Assembly (NCBI GenBank): GCA_951406725.2
Contig: OX597814.1
Coordinates: 111,910,001-111,974,000, forward strand
Direction of reading: 5' to 3'
Origin: Octopus vulgaris
Lineage: Eukaryota
DNA: 64,000 nucleotides
Under the pieces are notes generated by a model. That model ran no database searches. It saw nothing but the letters and a program-made list of their open reading frames with translations, and had not been told where the DNA came from. Positions 26,457 to 38,710 of this stretch are shown here, piece after piece; within the stretch, counting starts at the first letter, position 1; each line of letters opens with the position of its first letter. A program made the position numbers and the translations under genes.

Positions 26457-26717
26457 AGATATAAAATGTTAACATTTCTTTTTAAGGAGATTTATAATAA
26501 AAAAGCAATTTTTCATTAATCTGATGCATTACTCTATACGTTTGTAGAATACAAATTTAGTATTCTTAAAAAAGAATATTATTGATAGTGACTTCGAAGT
26601 TTCGGTCAGTTAAGCTCACGTAGTTTCGGCCAGTTAAGCTTTAGAAGTTTTGGTCTGATAAACCCCGGTCTGAAATTTCGATGTTAATATCAGTGACATT
26701 CTTGCCTATTTTGATAT

Positions 26718-26882
26718 AGGCGAAGGAGTGGGTGTATGGTAAGTAGCTTGTTTACCAACCACATGGTTCCGGGTTCAGTCCCACTGAGTGGCATCTTGGG
26801 CAAGTGTCTTCTTCCATAGCCTTGGGCCGACCAAAGCCTTATGAGTGGATTTGGTAGACGGAAACTGAAAAGAAGCCTGTCG

Positions 26883-26942
<60 letters not shown>

Positions 26943-27170
26943 GTATGTGCGTGTGTGTGTGTGTGTGTGTTTGTGTGTGTATGTATATGTTTGTGTGTCT
27001 GTGTTTGTCCCCCCAACATCGCTTGAGAACCGACGCTGGTGTGTTTACGTTCCCGTAACCTAGCGGTTCGGCAAAAGTGACCGTTTGAATAAGTCCTGGC
27101 GTCGATTTGCTCGACTAAAGGCGGTGATCCAGCACGGCCGCAGTCAAAAGACTGAAACAAATAAAAGAAA
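26718..27170 (+). mobile_element. SINE family A, full-length
   Basis: Head, CORE-like TTGGGCAAGTGTCTT, microsatellite and tail GGCGGTGATCCAGCACGGCCGCAGTCAAAAGACTGAAAC. Confidence 0.88.
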
Positions 27171-27288
27171 ATAATATAATATATATACGCACACACACGC
27201 ACACATATTATATATATATTTAGATATAATATATATATATATATATATAAATATAAATAATATGTATATATGCATGCATATATATATA

Positions 27289-27336
<48 letters not shown>

Positions 27337-27436
27337 TGTATTTGGAATTTACAAAACAAGACACAAAACAAAAGACGAAGACGGATGTGTAAACAACAAA
27401 CAGATGTATTAGTCTAACGCTCGGGAAGTGAGAAAG

Positions 27437-27474
27437 TCTTTTACGTTTCGAGCCTATGCTCTTCAACGGAAAGG
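27437..27474 (-). ncRNA. Minimal hammerhead-like motif (core CCGTTGA)
   Basis: CCTTT-CCGTTGA-A-GAGC atag GCTC-GAAA-CG-TA-AAAGA; same family as 5465 and 41784. Confidence 0.55.
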
Positions 27475-27972
27475 AACACAAAAATAAGCAGGGAGAGAAA
27501 ATAAAAGAGGTTTTGTGGCTACATGCATATATGGGTAGAGGACGTCACCAACAATATGAAATATGAAAACAACGCAAACAACGAGAGAAACAAATGGAAA
27601 ACAGGACAAGTAGCATAAAGAACGACCCTTCATCAATTGTCGGCCATCTATCTACTCCTCATTTTGAATATATGTATATATTTTTGTATGCATGTATGTG
27701 ATACACTATGCATGTGTACTTTCCTTACAGTTGTGTGTGTATATGTGTTGGTGTGAGTGTGTATAAATTTGTACGCTCATGTTTTGTTTATTTCCTACAA
27801 GCTGACATAATTTCTTCATTGACTCTCGTCTTTCCTCTCTGCAATATTTATTCGAAAACGAGAAATTCGTAATGCGTGAGCCCCATTCCACCCCGGTGAA
27901 TGCGTGCGTGTGCGGGTGTTCTTACCCACGCGTACAGGCATACATACATATATGCATATACGTACATACACA

Positions 27973-28007
<35 letters not shown>

Positions 28008-28150
28008 CTGGATACATACGTGCGTTCATTCATATTTGCATACATATACGTATAATACATACAAGCATGTATACATATATATATACAGACTGACACCCAT
28101 ACTCGCACACACATATATGACGCACACACACACACACACACATATATATG

Positions 28151-28202
<52 letters not shown>

Positions 28203-28949
28203 TGTATACTCGCATACCAGTTAATATTTTATTCCCCGCACGAACAAATACATACTTACTTGCATATATATATATATATGCACGCTTATATAATTATATA
28301 CCTGCAATGATATATGCATACTTACATACATACACACACATACACACACACACCACGCGCACATACACACACACACCACGCGCACATACACACACATACA
28401 TACATTCATATGACGCATACATATATTTATACTCATACGCGTTCCTCTTCTCTCCTCCGTACACACATCCACAGGTACGTATGTACGTACGTACACATAT
28501 ACACAGCTGCAGTGTTGTATCGCTATACCTTTTCCTGCCGCAAAAATCAGGAAGAACATATGTAGAACTCTTCTTCACAGACAACTAACAGCCAAAGCTC
28601 AGTCATAAACTAATTGACTGCCATCAAGACCTTTGCCCTCCTCCTAACTTTTCACCCTTATGAACATTCCAGCTTCACGTCTAGACTAATATTTGTATTT
28701 CGCTTTCTTACACCTCACACTTCCCCTTCTTCAGTTTCCCCGCCTGTTTCCAAAGAGGCCATATTTTTTTCTTCTTTAAAAGTTCAATAGTTTGTTTAGC
28801 CATGGCTAAGGTCATCTTGGATCACTGCAGTATATGTTTCCCAGCTGTGTCAACATCAAGCGTAAAATTCTCAAAACTTTCTCGATCGACGTCAGTCAGA
28901 CAAATCTTTAATTATGTGACATCATACTCAGTATGGATTATAAATGTGT

Positions 28950-29590
28950 GTTTATGTATGTATGTTTGTGTGTATGTATGTATGTATGTATGTATGTATG
29001 TATGTATGTATGTATGTATGTATGTATGCATGTATGTATGTATGTATGTATGTATGTATGTATGTATGTATGTATGTATGTATCTTTGTATGTGTGTATG
29101 TATGTAGGTATGTGTGTATGTATGTGTGTATGTATGTATGTATGTATGTGTTTATGTGTGCGTATGCATGTGTGTATGCATGTGTGTATGTATGTGTATG
29201 TACGTATGTATGTGTGTATGTATGTGTGGGTGTATGTGTGTATGCATGTATGTGTGTATGCGTGTATGTATGTATGTATGTGTGCATCAATCTGTGTTAT
29301 GTATGTATGTATGTGTGTGTATGCATGTATGTATTGTGTGTATGTGTGTATGTATGTATGTATGTATGTATGTATGTATGTATGTATGTATGTATGCATG
29401 TGTGTATGTATGTACGTATGTGTGTGTATGTATGTATCTATATGTGTATGTATGTGTGTACATATGTATGTGTGTACGTATGTATGTATGTATGTATGTA
29501 TGTATGTATGCATGCATGCATGCAAGTATGAGTGTATGCATGTATGTATGTATGTATGTATGTATGTATGTATGTATGTATGTGTGAGTA
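28950..29590. repeat. Degenerate (TATG)n/(TG)n microsatellite
   Basis: Directly visible. Confidence 0.95.
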
Positions 29591-30133
29591 TATATAATAT
29601 ATATGGCTATATATAAATACATAAACATAAATAATGTGCGTCTATGTATGTATTTATGTATATGTATGTATGTGTACATAAGTATGTATATTTATTATTC
29701 TTAAGCAAGAACGTTATTGGCAGTAATATCGAAGTTTCAGTCAGTGAAGCCATCGTTGAACAGTTGGACGATGGTTTAACTGGACGGAGCTTCGAAGTCA
29801 CTCTCGATAATATTCCCGTTTAAGAATAATATATTGTTAATCTACCAAAGAATAGAAAAAGCCACCAGATTAATGTTAAGTTGCTTTTATTGTAACTGGA
29901 CATAAATACACACACACACACATATATACATACATACAAATAGATGCATCAACGCACCGGCACACACACATTTATATGTATATAGTAACCCTTCACCATA
30001 TCGTGGTTCACCTATCACTGTTCACTTATCGCTGTTCACCTATTGTGGTTCACCTATCGCGGTTCACATATCGCGGTTCACATATCGCGGTTCACCTATC
30101 GCGGTTCAACCTATCGCGGTTTATTATTTAAGC

Positions 30134-30653
30134 TAGGGATGGGGAAGCTTTAAAATGCGGCGGGCAAAAATTTTCCTAAGGAAAAGGTCCGCAGGCAGAT
30201 CACAGGTTCTAACTTCCATATCTGTGTAAATCTTGTATGTATCTATGTATAATTTGATATACATTAATAAAGATAAGTTTAACATATTAAATCAACGCGT
30301 AACATCTTCATTAACGCCGCCACTGAATTTAGGACGTTTATATTACTTATGAGGCATTCTATTTCTTTCAGCTAAAGTGTAGCTGGGTCTCAAGGGGGTG
30401 GTACAAACCTCGCAATATGTGTTTTATAGTGGAAACAAAATTTCCATTCAAATGGCAATTACCGGACGATTTCTGACCATTTTAATTCGTAGTGGAAACG
30501 TGACTTATGTCGCAAATATGTATACGAATATTGTATAAATTTTGATTGAAAACTTTACTATATTTTGTACATGTGAGTATATCAGCTTGCGGTCACAATA
30601 AGACGATCTCGTGGGCGCAACTATGCCCGTAGGCTAGGGTTTCCCCACCTCTG
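30134..30653. mobile_element. Non-autonomous hAT element
   Basis: TIRs TAGGGATGGGGAA / TTCCCCACCTCTG with a perfect 8-bp TSD ATTTAAGC (30126-30133, 30654-30661). Confidence 0.85.
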
Positions 30654-30730
30654 ATTTAAGCTTACGTCGATTCCTCTGTGGTGTTGTTTTGCGTTTATAA
30701 TAAAATAAATATATGCAAATTATAAAACTT

Positions 30731-31552
30731 CTTTTCTACTCTAGGCACAAGGCCCGAAATTTTTGGGGAGGGGACCAGTCGATTACATCGACCTCAGTAC
30801 GTAACTGGTACTTAATTTATCGACCCGTGGTTGGCTTTGCCTTTCATCCTTTCGGGATCTATAAAATAAGCACCAGTTGCATACTGGGATCGATCTAATC
30901 GACTGGCCCCCTCTCCCAAAATTTCGGGCCTTGTGCCTAGAGTAGAAAAGAAAAGATTAAATAAGTACCAGTTACGCATTGGGGGGTCGATGTAGTCCGC
31001 TTAAACCCTTTGTCTGTCCTTGTTTGTCCCCTCTATGTTTATCCCCCTGTGGGCAATAAATAATCCCATTAAAGGCAGCGAGCTGGCTGAAGCGTTAGCA
31101 CGCCGGACGAAATGCTTAGCTGTATTTCGTCTGCCGTTACGTTCTAAGTTCAAATTCCGCCGAGGTCGACTTTGCCTTTCATCCTTTCAGGGTCGATAAA
31201 TTCAGTACCAGTTACGCACTGGAGTCGATATAATCGACTTAATCCGTTTGTCTGTCCTTGTTTCTCTGTGTTTAGCCCCTTGTGGGTAGAAAAGAAATAG
31301 GTATTTCGTCTGTCTTTACGTTCTGAGTTCAAATTCCGCCGATGTCGACTTTGCCTTCCATCCTTTCGGGGTCGATAAATTAGGTACCAGTTGCGTACTT
31401 GTGTCGATCTACACGACTGGCCCCCTCCCCAAAAATTTCGGGCCTTGTGCTTAGAGTAGAAAAGAATATACAAAGTCGGCGAGCTGGCAGAATCGCTGGC
31501 ACGCCGGGCGAAATGTTTAGCAGTATTTCGTCTGCTTTTACGTTTTGAGTTC
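30731..31552. mobile_element. SINE family B cluster including an inverted pair (30731-30950)
   Basis: Repeated family-B motifs; CTTTTCTACTCTAGGCACAAGGCCCGAAATTTTGG is inverted relative to CCAAAATTTCGGGCCTTGTGCCTAGAGTAGAAAAG. Confidence 0.85.
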
Positions 31553-32259
31553 GAAAAAAACAAAAAACAAAACAAATAGTATATGGAGTGTGTATACATG
31601 TTTAAGCAAACTTTTATACACGTATAGATATGCTTGTATGTATGTATGTATGGCAGGGAATGGCATTGAACATTTTTAGGATCTTTTGTTTGCGTTTGAA
31701 ATCATGACATTCCTACATTCCCGAGTCTGAGATCCACATGTGCGCTTGTCCTGGATTATCTTTGGATCATATCAGTTGGGCGAAGAGGTTGTGAGAAGCT
31801 GTACAAGCCTTGTTGGATCTAAAATTTTAAGTTGTGCAATCGCCAGCGAGACGATTATCCAATGCCGAGATGAGTAAGAGGACGCCGCGGCGAGCATAGA
31901 ACATTCTGAAATTATATTTCCAATCGTATAAACCACTTCGAATATTTTCTTAGCAAGTTTAAAGTTATTTCTTTTGTGCCGCAGACCATTTACCATTTCT
32001 GGAGTACCCCTTGATGCTCCAAGACGGTACTTATTTTGTTTAACTTATTTTGTTTAATGGTTAATCCAGCGATGTCTTCAAGTCTCTATAGAGACGTATG
32101 TGCACCGCTGTGTGACTTGGGTGCTAGGTCTGATCACAATTTGTTTTTTTTTTCAGAGATAGTCCGACTGCAAGAGAGAATGAGAGAGAAAGAGATAGAC
32201 AAAGAGACAGAGGGAGACAGAGAGAGAAAGAGAAAGAGAGAGAGAAAGAGAGAGGGAGA

Positions 32260-32301
<42 letters not shown>

Positions 32302-32716
32302 AGAGGAGAAAAAAATCAATACCAGTATAAGATTGGTAGTTTATCAACGCCGAAATGATTAAAGACAAGGTTGACTTCGGTAGAATTTGAACTCAGAGTG
32401 TAGTGAATGAATACCGCGGGGAAACTTATACGACATTTAAAGAAACTCGGCTGACATCTAAAGACTTTCTTTTTCCTCCTTTTCTCTGCCTTTTTCAATA
32501 GTGTCTTATCTGTGAAATCTGTTTCCTTTTCACTCACTATTCCTTTTAGTTATCGCTCATTTCACATTATCCCACCGTATTAACCATACGTCTAATTTTG
32601 TTACAAAAACTGTTCCTCTTTCTTTTTTCTTTGGCTGTTCCTTTCCGCGTTTACCTTGAAAAGGGACCACTGCCTGAAATATAGAGAACTTTTCATTCTT
32701 TTTCTTCCATCTAGCC

Positions 32717-32890
32717 CAGGGGTTCCCGACCCCCTTTGTGATCGCAAAGCCTTGACAGGGGTTTCGCGTAGTCTCGCTAAAAGCAGCATGGAATAATATT
32801 AATTCCAACTATCAACTGATACTAGGGGGTCGCGTGGTTTTCAAGCTTTTGGGTAAGGGGTCGCAAGTGTAAAAACGTTGGGAACTGCTG
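32717..32890. mobile_element. hAT-type MITE
   Basis: TIRs CAGGGGTTCCCGAC / GTTGGGAACTGCTG; imperfect 8-bp TSD ATCTAGCC / ATCTGGTC. Confidence 0.75.
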
Positions 32891-33055
32891 ATCTGGTCGG
32901 ATGTCTTCACTACCTCACTAAAAGCTTAATTTTCATGGAGTAGATGAGCGACATGTTAGTTTGGCGCTGTTTTCTTTACTGTTTGTAGTTATGTAGCCCT
33001 TGGTCAGACCCGCTTGACAGGATCAATGTTTAAAGCTATTCCATCTGTTGCCATC

Positions 33056-33101
<46 letters not shown>

Positions 33102-34196
33102 TATCCAGTATGTACTTCCACCTATGTAAGACAATAAAATGCGATTTGAGGGAATCTAGTTGCTATTTATACACGGTTGAGCTACCTCGTTGAGGTTCCC
33201 TCGTCTGTTAGTTTTCTTTGCGTTTTCAATAACTGTTAGTAGAAGAGGGAGAAGGGCGCCCGAAGACTTCGGATTTTGGCATAAATAATGAATGACATGG
33301 TTTTTACTTTCAGGGTAACTTATTTAGAGCGGTCTGGCCAATACAGTCTCCTTTTCCATCACCACCAGCACCAACTGTAGCAGCTGTAGTACCACCACCA
33401 CCACCATCACCACCACCATCACCACCACCACAACCACCACCACTGCAGTCACTGCCGCCGCCACCACCGCCACTTCTATCATCATCAGCCTTTATTGCAT
33501 TCACCATCACTTTCTGCACCTTTAATACCACCACCACCACCACCACCACCACCACCACCATCAACACCATCAACACCACCACCACCACCACCACCACCAC
33601 CACCGCCGCCGCCGCCACCGCCGCCACCTCCATCATCACCACCTTTATTGCCTTCACCATCACTTTCAAAACCTTTAATACCATTCCTACCACCACCACC
33701 ACCACCACCATCACCACTACTACCACCACCACCACCACCACTACCACAACCACAACCACCCCCGCCGCTATAGTCACCACCTCCATCATCACTACCATTA
33801 TTGCATTCACCATCACTTTCTGCACCTTTAATACCATTCCTAGCACCGCCACCACCACCACCCCATCACCGCCGCCACCACTTGCCGTCATTAAATCAAT
33901 GAGGATTAAAGAAAAGTATGAAGAAAATTAAGTTACATATCCACACCAAGATTAAAGTTATAACTTAATTGTAATTAAGTTTATAATTGAACTTAATCAC
34001 AATTAAGATTGTAATTAAATTTAATTATAATTTAATTATTATAACTTACTTATACATTTAATCATTAACTTAATTACACTTAATTAAAGCTAAGGCTTAT
34101 TCGTTTTCATAAAAATGTTTCTGCAAAGTGAGAGGGGCCGGAGCGGAGGTAGAGATTTCTCTAGCTTAAATTCTGTATATAATATTGTTCCATAGT

Positions 34197-34757
34197 GGAA
34201 GAGCAATGGTCCAGTGGTTAGGGCAGCGGACTCGCGGTTGTGGGATCGCGGTTCCGATTCCCAGACCGGGCTTTGTGAGTGTTTATTGAGCGAAAACACC
34301 TAAAGCTCCACGAGGCTCCGGCAGGAGGTGGTGAGGAATCCTGCTGTACTCTTTCACCACAACTCTTTCTTCCTGTTTCTGTTGTACCTGTTTTTCAAAG
34401 GAGTCAGCCTTGTCACACTCTGTGTCATGCTGAATCTCCCCGAGAACTACATTAAGGGTACACGTGTCTATGGAGTGCTCAGCCACTTGCATGTTAATTT
34501 CACGAGCATGCCTTTCCGTTGATTGTCCCATATATCACATGAAATGTCCAAAGAAGCAAGAGATATGCACACATGGATTTAATAAAAATTGGCACTCCGT
34601 CGGTTACGACGACAAGGGTTCCAGTCGATCCGATCAATGGAACAGCTTGCTCATGAAATTCATTTGCAAGTGGCTGAGCACTCCACAGACACGTGTAACC
34701 CTTAACGTAGTATTTCTCAGGGAGATTCAGCGTGACATAGAGTGTAATAAGGCTGGT
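34197..34757 (+). mobile_element. tRNA-derived SINE family D with an inverted partial second copy
   Basis: Head TGGTCCAGTGGTTAGGGCAGCGGACTCGCGGT...GGTTCCGATTCCC; ~34405-34525 is inverted relative to ~34633-34757. Confidence 0.75.
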
Positions 34758-35034
34758 ATAACTTGATTTTGCCGGCTCGGTGAACTGAAGCAACGCAAAA
34801 TAAAGTCTTGTTCAAGGACACAACGTGCCGCTGGAAATCTAACACACGACCTTACGATCGTGAACCGAATACTCTAACCCATAAGCCACGCTGCTTCACA
34901 ACATGGGTGAGGGCAAATGAGGAGAATGGTAGTCTCCACTGTATACCATCACTCATGAATTGAAGAAATAAAACTCAGGTCCTCTGTCTGTATACCATTC
35001 TGCTTCTCATAACAAGAGGCTTTTATTAATTTAT

Positions 35035-35810
35035 TGATTTCAAATTTTGGCACCAGGCCAGCAGTTTCAGAGGCGGCGTGGGGGTGGGGGAGATAAATCG
35101 ATTACATCGACCTCAGTACTCAACTGGTACTTATTTTACCAGCCCCTTGAAAAACAAGGCCGACCTCGGCGGAATAGGAACTCACAACATGAAGCTGGAC
35201 GAAATGTCGCAAAGCATTTTATCCAGTGTAGTAACAATTCTACCAGTTCACCGCCTTAAAAGCATTTATTAATACTACTATGAATATTATGACTATTAAA
35301 CTGAGTTCAAATTCCGCCGAGGTCGACTTTGCCTTTCATCCTTTCGGGGGTCAATAAAATAAGTACCAGTTACGCACTGGGGTCGATGTAATCGACTTAA
35401 TCCGTTTGTCTGTCCTTGTTTGTCCTCCCTGTGTTTAGCCCCTTGTGTGTAGTAAAGATATAGGTATTTTGTCTGCCGGTACGTTCTGAGTTCAAATTCC
35501 GCCGAGGTCGACTTTGCCTTTCATCCTTTCGGGGTCGATTAAATAAGTACCAGTTACACACTGGGGTCGATATAATCGACTTAATCCCTTTGTCTGTCCT
35601 TGTTTATCCTCTCTGTGTTTAGCCCGTTGTGGGTAGTAAAGAAATAGGTATTTCTTTTGTCTTTACGTTCTGATTTCAAATTCCGCCGAGGTCAACTTTG
35701 CCTTTCATCCTTTCGGGGTCGATTAATTAAGTACCAGTTACGTACTGGGGTCGATCCAATCGACTGGTCCTCTCCCTCAAAATTATGGGCCTTGTGCCTA
35801 GAGTAAAATA
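35035..35810. mobile_element. SINE family B: minus copy (35035-35260) plus a tandem array of three internal units (35300-35810)
   Basis: TTCAAATTCCGCCGAGGTC recurs at ~35306, 35491 and 35676. Confidence 0.85.
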
Positions 35811-36529
35811 GATTATATTTATCCATTTATATATATATCCCGCTCTCCTATCTCTCTCCTTATCTGTCTCTCCCTCCCTCAGATCCTCTATTCCTCTCTC
35901 TCTCCCTCTCTCTGTCACCATCTGCTGAACTTCCAATCGCTTTCTCTTTCTGCGTCTCCCCCCCCCCCGCTTTCTCTCAGATCAACTCTCTCGCATCTCA
36001 CCCCCTCTCTGTCCCGCACTCTCTCTCTCCCTCTCTCTCCTTTTCTCTCTCCTGCGCTCTCTCTTGTATCTCTATCTCCCCTCTCTCTCTCCCTCTCTTC
36101 TCTCCGCTCCTTTTCAGGTCAACCCCGTTATCTCTCTTTTTCTCTCTCTGTCCCCTTCTTTCTCCACACCACCCTCTCTGTCCCTTTACTTCACTCTCTT
36201 GTACCTCTATCTTGCCCTCTCTCTCCCTCTCCATTTTTTCTCTCTGCCTTTCTTCTCCCTGCTCCCCCTAAGGTCCATCCCCTTGTCTCTCTTTTCCTCC
36301 TTGTCCCTTTACTTCTTCCTCTCTACCACACCTCTATCGCGCTCTCTCTCTCCCTGCTGATCTGCCATTCTTTCTCTCTCCTCTCAGGTCAATCCCCTTG
36401 TCTCCCCCCCGGCTGATCTACCACCAGCATTTTTTCCTTCTCTTCTCTCCTCTTCATCTCAGGTCGACTACCTTATATCTCCTCCTCTCTCTGTTCCTCT
36501 ATTTCACTCTCACTGTATCCCAAACGAAG

Positions 36530-37333
36530 ATGTCAAGGAACTGGTCTGCAAAGGAGTTGCAATTGTTTGTCCGCGCCTGGAAGATTGCCAAAAGTGACTC
36601 CCCAAACAATATCATTGCAGCGACGCTTAAGAGCAATGATTTCTCCAGGACCACCGCCCAGATAGAGCGAAAGAAACGCGAATTCCTCCGTTCATATGCT
36701 CTAATCAGGCAACACATGGTCACACTGGACATCATACTGGGAGGTGACTGCACCAGGGAAGACCAAAAAGATGGAGAAAGCATCCCGGACCCAACAATAG
36801 ACACAACTGAGAGACCTGCAACCAAGGGAAACAATGGCACATGTCCAGCTCCCAACACAACTGAAGACCAAAGAGGTGCGATGGCCGCGAAAAAGGAAAG
36901 CACCCTAAAATCGACGGAAAACAAGAGGTAAAAGACAAGAAAACTAAAACAAACACTGTCCAGGAAAAACAGAAGAACCCCAGCAAGAGCTACAAGAGCA
37001 AAAGTAGAAGCATCTGCAAATTCTACCTGAAGGGTGACTGCTGGCATGGTGACGATGGTGCAAACTGTCATTTTGCACATCAGAAACCCTGCCAAAACCG
37101 CATGGACACAAGACAAAAATCCCTCCCTCGGGGAGAACAAAAAAAAAAGAAAAATATCACAGAAGGAAAAATGGCGCACTAACTACTCCTGAAAGACGAT
37201 ATGCGGATGTAGTGCGCGGTCCAAAAAAAGTACTTCATAGCCCAACAAATGGCCAGCTTCAACCAGATGTGAGAGGGGCAGCAGCTGAACAGCAATCTTT
37301 TTTGTGCATGGCACAAAAATTGTCCAGCAGCTG
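36530..37333 (+). pseudogene. LINE ORF1 relic: Myb/SANT-like (trihelix) domain plus CCCH zinc finger, two frameshifts in A-runs
   Basis: MSRNWSAKELQLFVRAW...IAATLKSNDFSRTTAQIERKKREFLRSY from ATG 36530; after a frameshift at ~36918, ICKFYLKGDCWHGDDGANCHFAH (37012-37080); after a frameshift at ~37145, RRYADVVRG. Confidence 0.7.
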
Positions 37334-37429
37334 ACCTGGCTACAAACACAAAGCTGGAACTACCAACACATAAGGCCACCACCAACAGATGCAGGATGGC
37401 CACCACAGACACCAACATACACACACCAC

Positions 37430-38710
37430 AAAATATTTTTACTGAACGTAAGAGGGCTGCTGCGCGGCAACTATAAAAGGAAAATCTCATCCCTGAGAGA
37501 CCTTGCGGCATGCAATCAAGCTATATGCATGGCACTCATAGAAACGCATCTTGGACCTGATATAGGGGATGCAGAAATACGCTCAGATAGAAAAGGGAGG
37601 AGCCATGGTGGAGTTGCAATGTACATCCGAGATGACCTCACGCCACAGGTCCTGTTGTCATATTCAAACTCAGTGTGTGACGCTCAAATTGTACACATAA
37701 GACAACTGAATATCGTCATATGTACTACGTATCGTCCACCGGATGTCCCAAATCACACAGGCATATTTGAAGACTGCCTAACAAAAATAGAAGTTCTCAC
37801 CAGCCTGGAACAACACAACAGTGTATTCTACATGGGTGACTTTAACTACATGGGTGACTTCCCCAATGTGGAATGGCCGGGGGGGGGGGGGGGGGCAGAT
37901 GCTCCAGCAGGCACAGACAGAGTCCCTGCTCCATCTCACAAATGCCTCTTTCATGGAGCAAATAGTGCTGCAACCAACAAGGGCAAATAATATACTGGAT
38001 CTCTGCTTCACAAACAATATGAATATTATCCATAATGTTAAAGTGATGCCGACAATGATCTCGGATCACTACATAATAGAGAGCTGTCTATGTATGGACA
38101 CACAGCCTATACGAAGCATCCACAATCTCTCCAAATTAAACTTTCATAAAGCAAATTGGAAGTTTATTGAGAAAGAGATCCTCAAACAGGATTGGCCTAA
38201 ATGTCTCTCCACACCAGACATTGACATGAAACACAAACACTTCATGTCCATAATACAAGCCATATGTGACAAATATGTCCCAGTGTGCAGGGTCAGCACA
38301 CACAAAAACAAAAACAGGATCCCTAGAGAAAGGAAGATTCTTATGAGACGAAGGACAAGGATTGCGAACCGCCTGAGCAAGCACACCTAAAGTGGTGAGA
38401 AGTCTCGGCTCAAGAGAATGCTAATGGAAATTGAGAAAAGTCTGCATCAGTCTCATGAAAGGAGAGAGCAGATAAAGAAGCTTGGGTAATAGAAAATATA
38501 AAGTCAAACCCTAAAGCTTTCTTTAAGTTTGCCAAAGAGACAGCCACAGTGCACCAGAGAATAGGACCTCTCTTCCAAAAAGATGGCTCCCTCACAGGAA
38601 ATCCCACGAGGATAAGTGAAATACTGAACGAACAGTTCCAAAGTGTATTCACTACACTTCTAGAACACTGGCAAGTAAACAACCCAGAATAATTCTTTGC
38701 CACTTTACCT
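37430..38710 (+). pseudogene. LINE ORF2 N-terminus: apurinic-like endonuclease and linker, with frameshifts and stops
   Basis: Motifs LLNVRGL, ALIETHL, RSDR..GGVAMYI, YRPPD, MGDFN (locally duplicated), PTR..NILDL, SDH. G-run frameshift at ~37885; stops at 38388 and ~38690. Confidence 0.9.

Noticed and set aside
31772-31996. 74-aa non-repetitive ORF as a host exon
   Set aside because: No recognisable domain or reliable splice signals; length is compatible with chance.
22897-35810. CRISPR-like repeat-spacer appearance of reiterated GTTCAAATTCCGCCGAGGTCGAC
   Set aside because: Whole units including the would-be spacers are homologous SINE bodies; eukaryotic context and no cas genes.
36499-37179. 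226-aa minus-strand ORF
   Set aside because: Antisense shadow of the A-rich LINE ORF1; no recognisable motifs.
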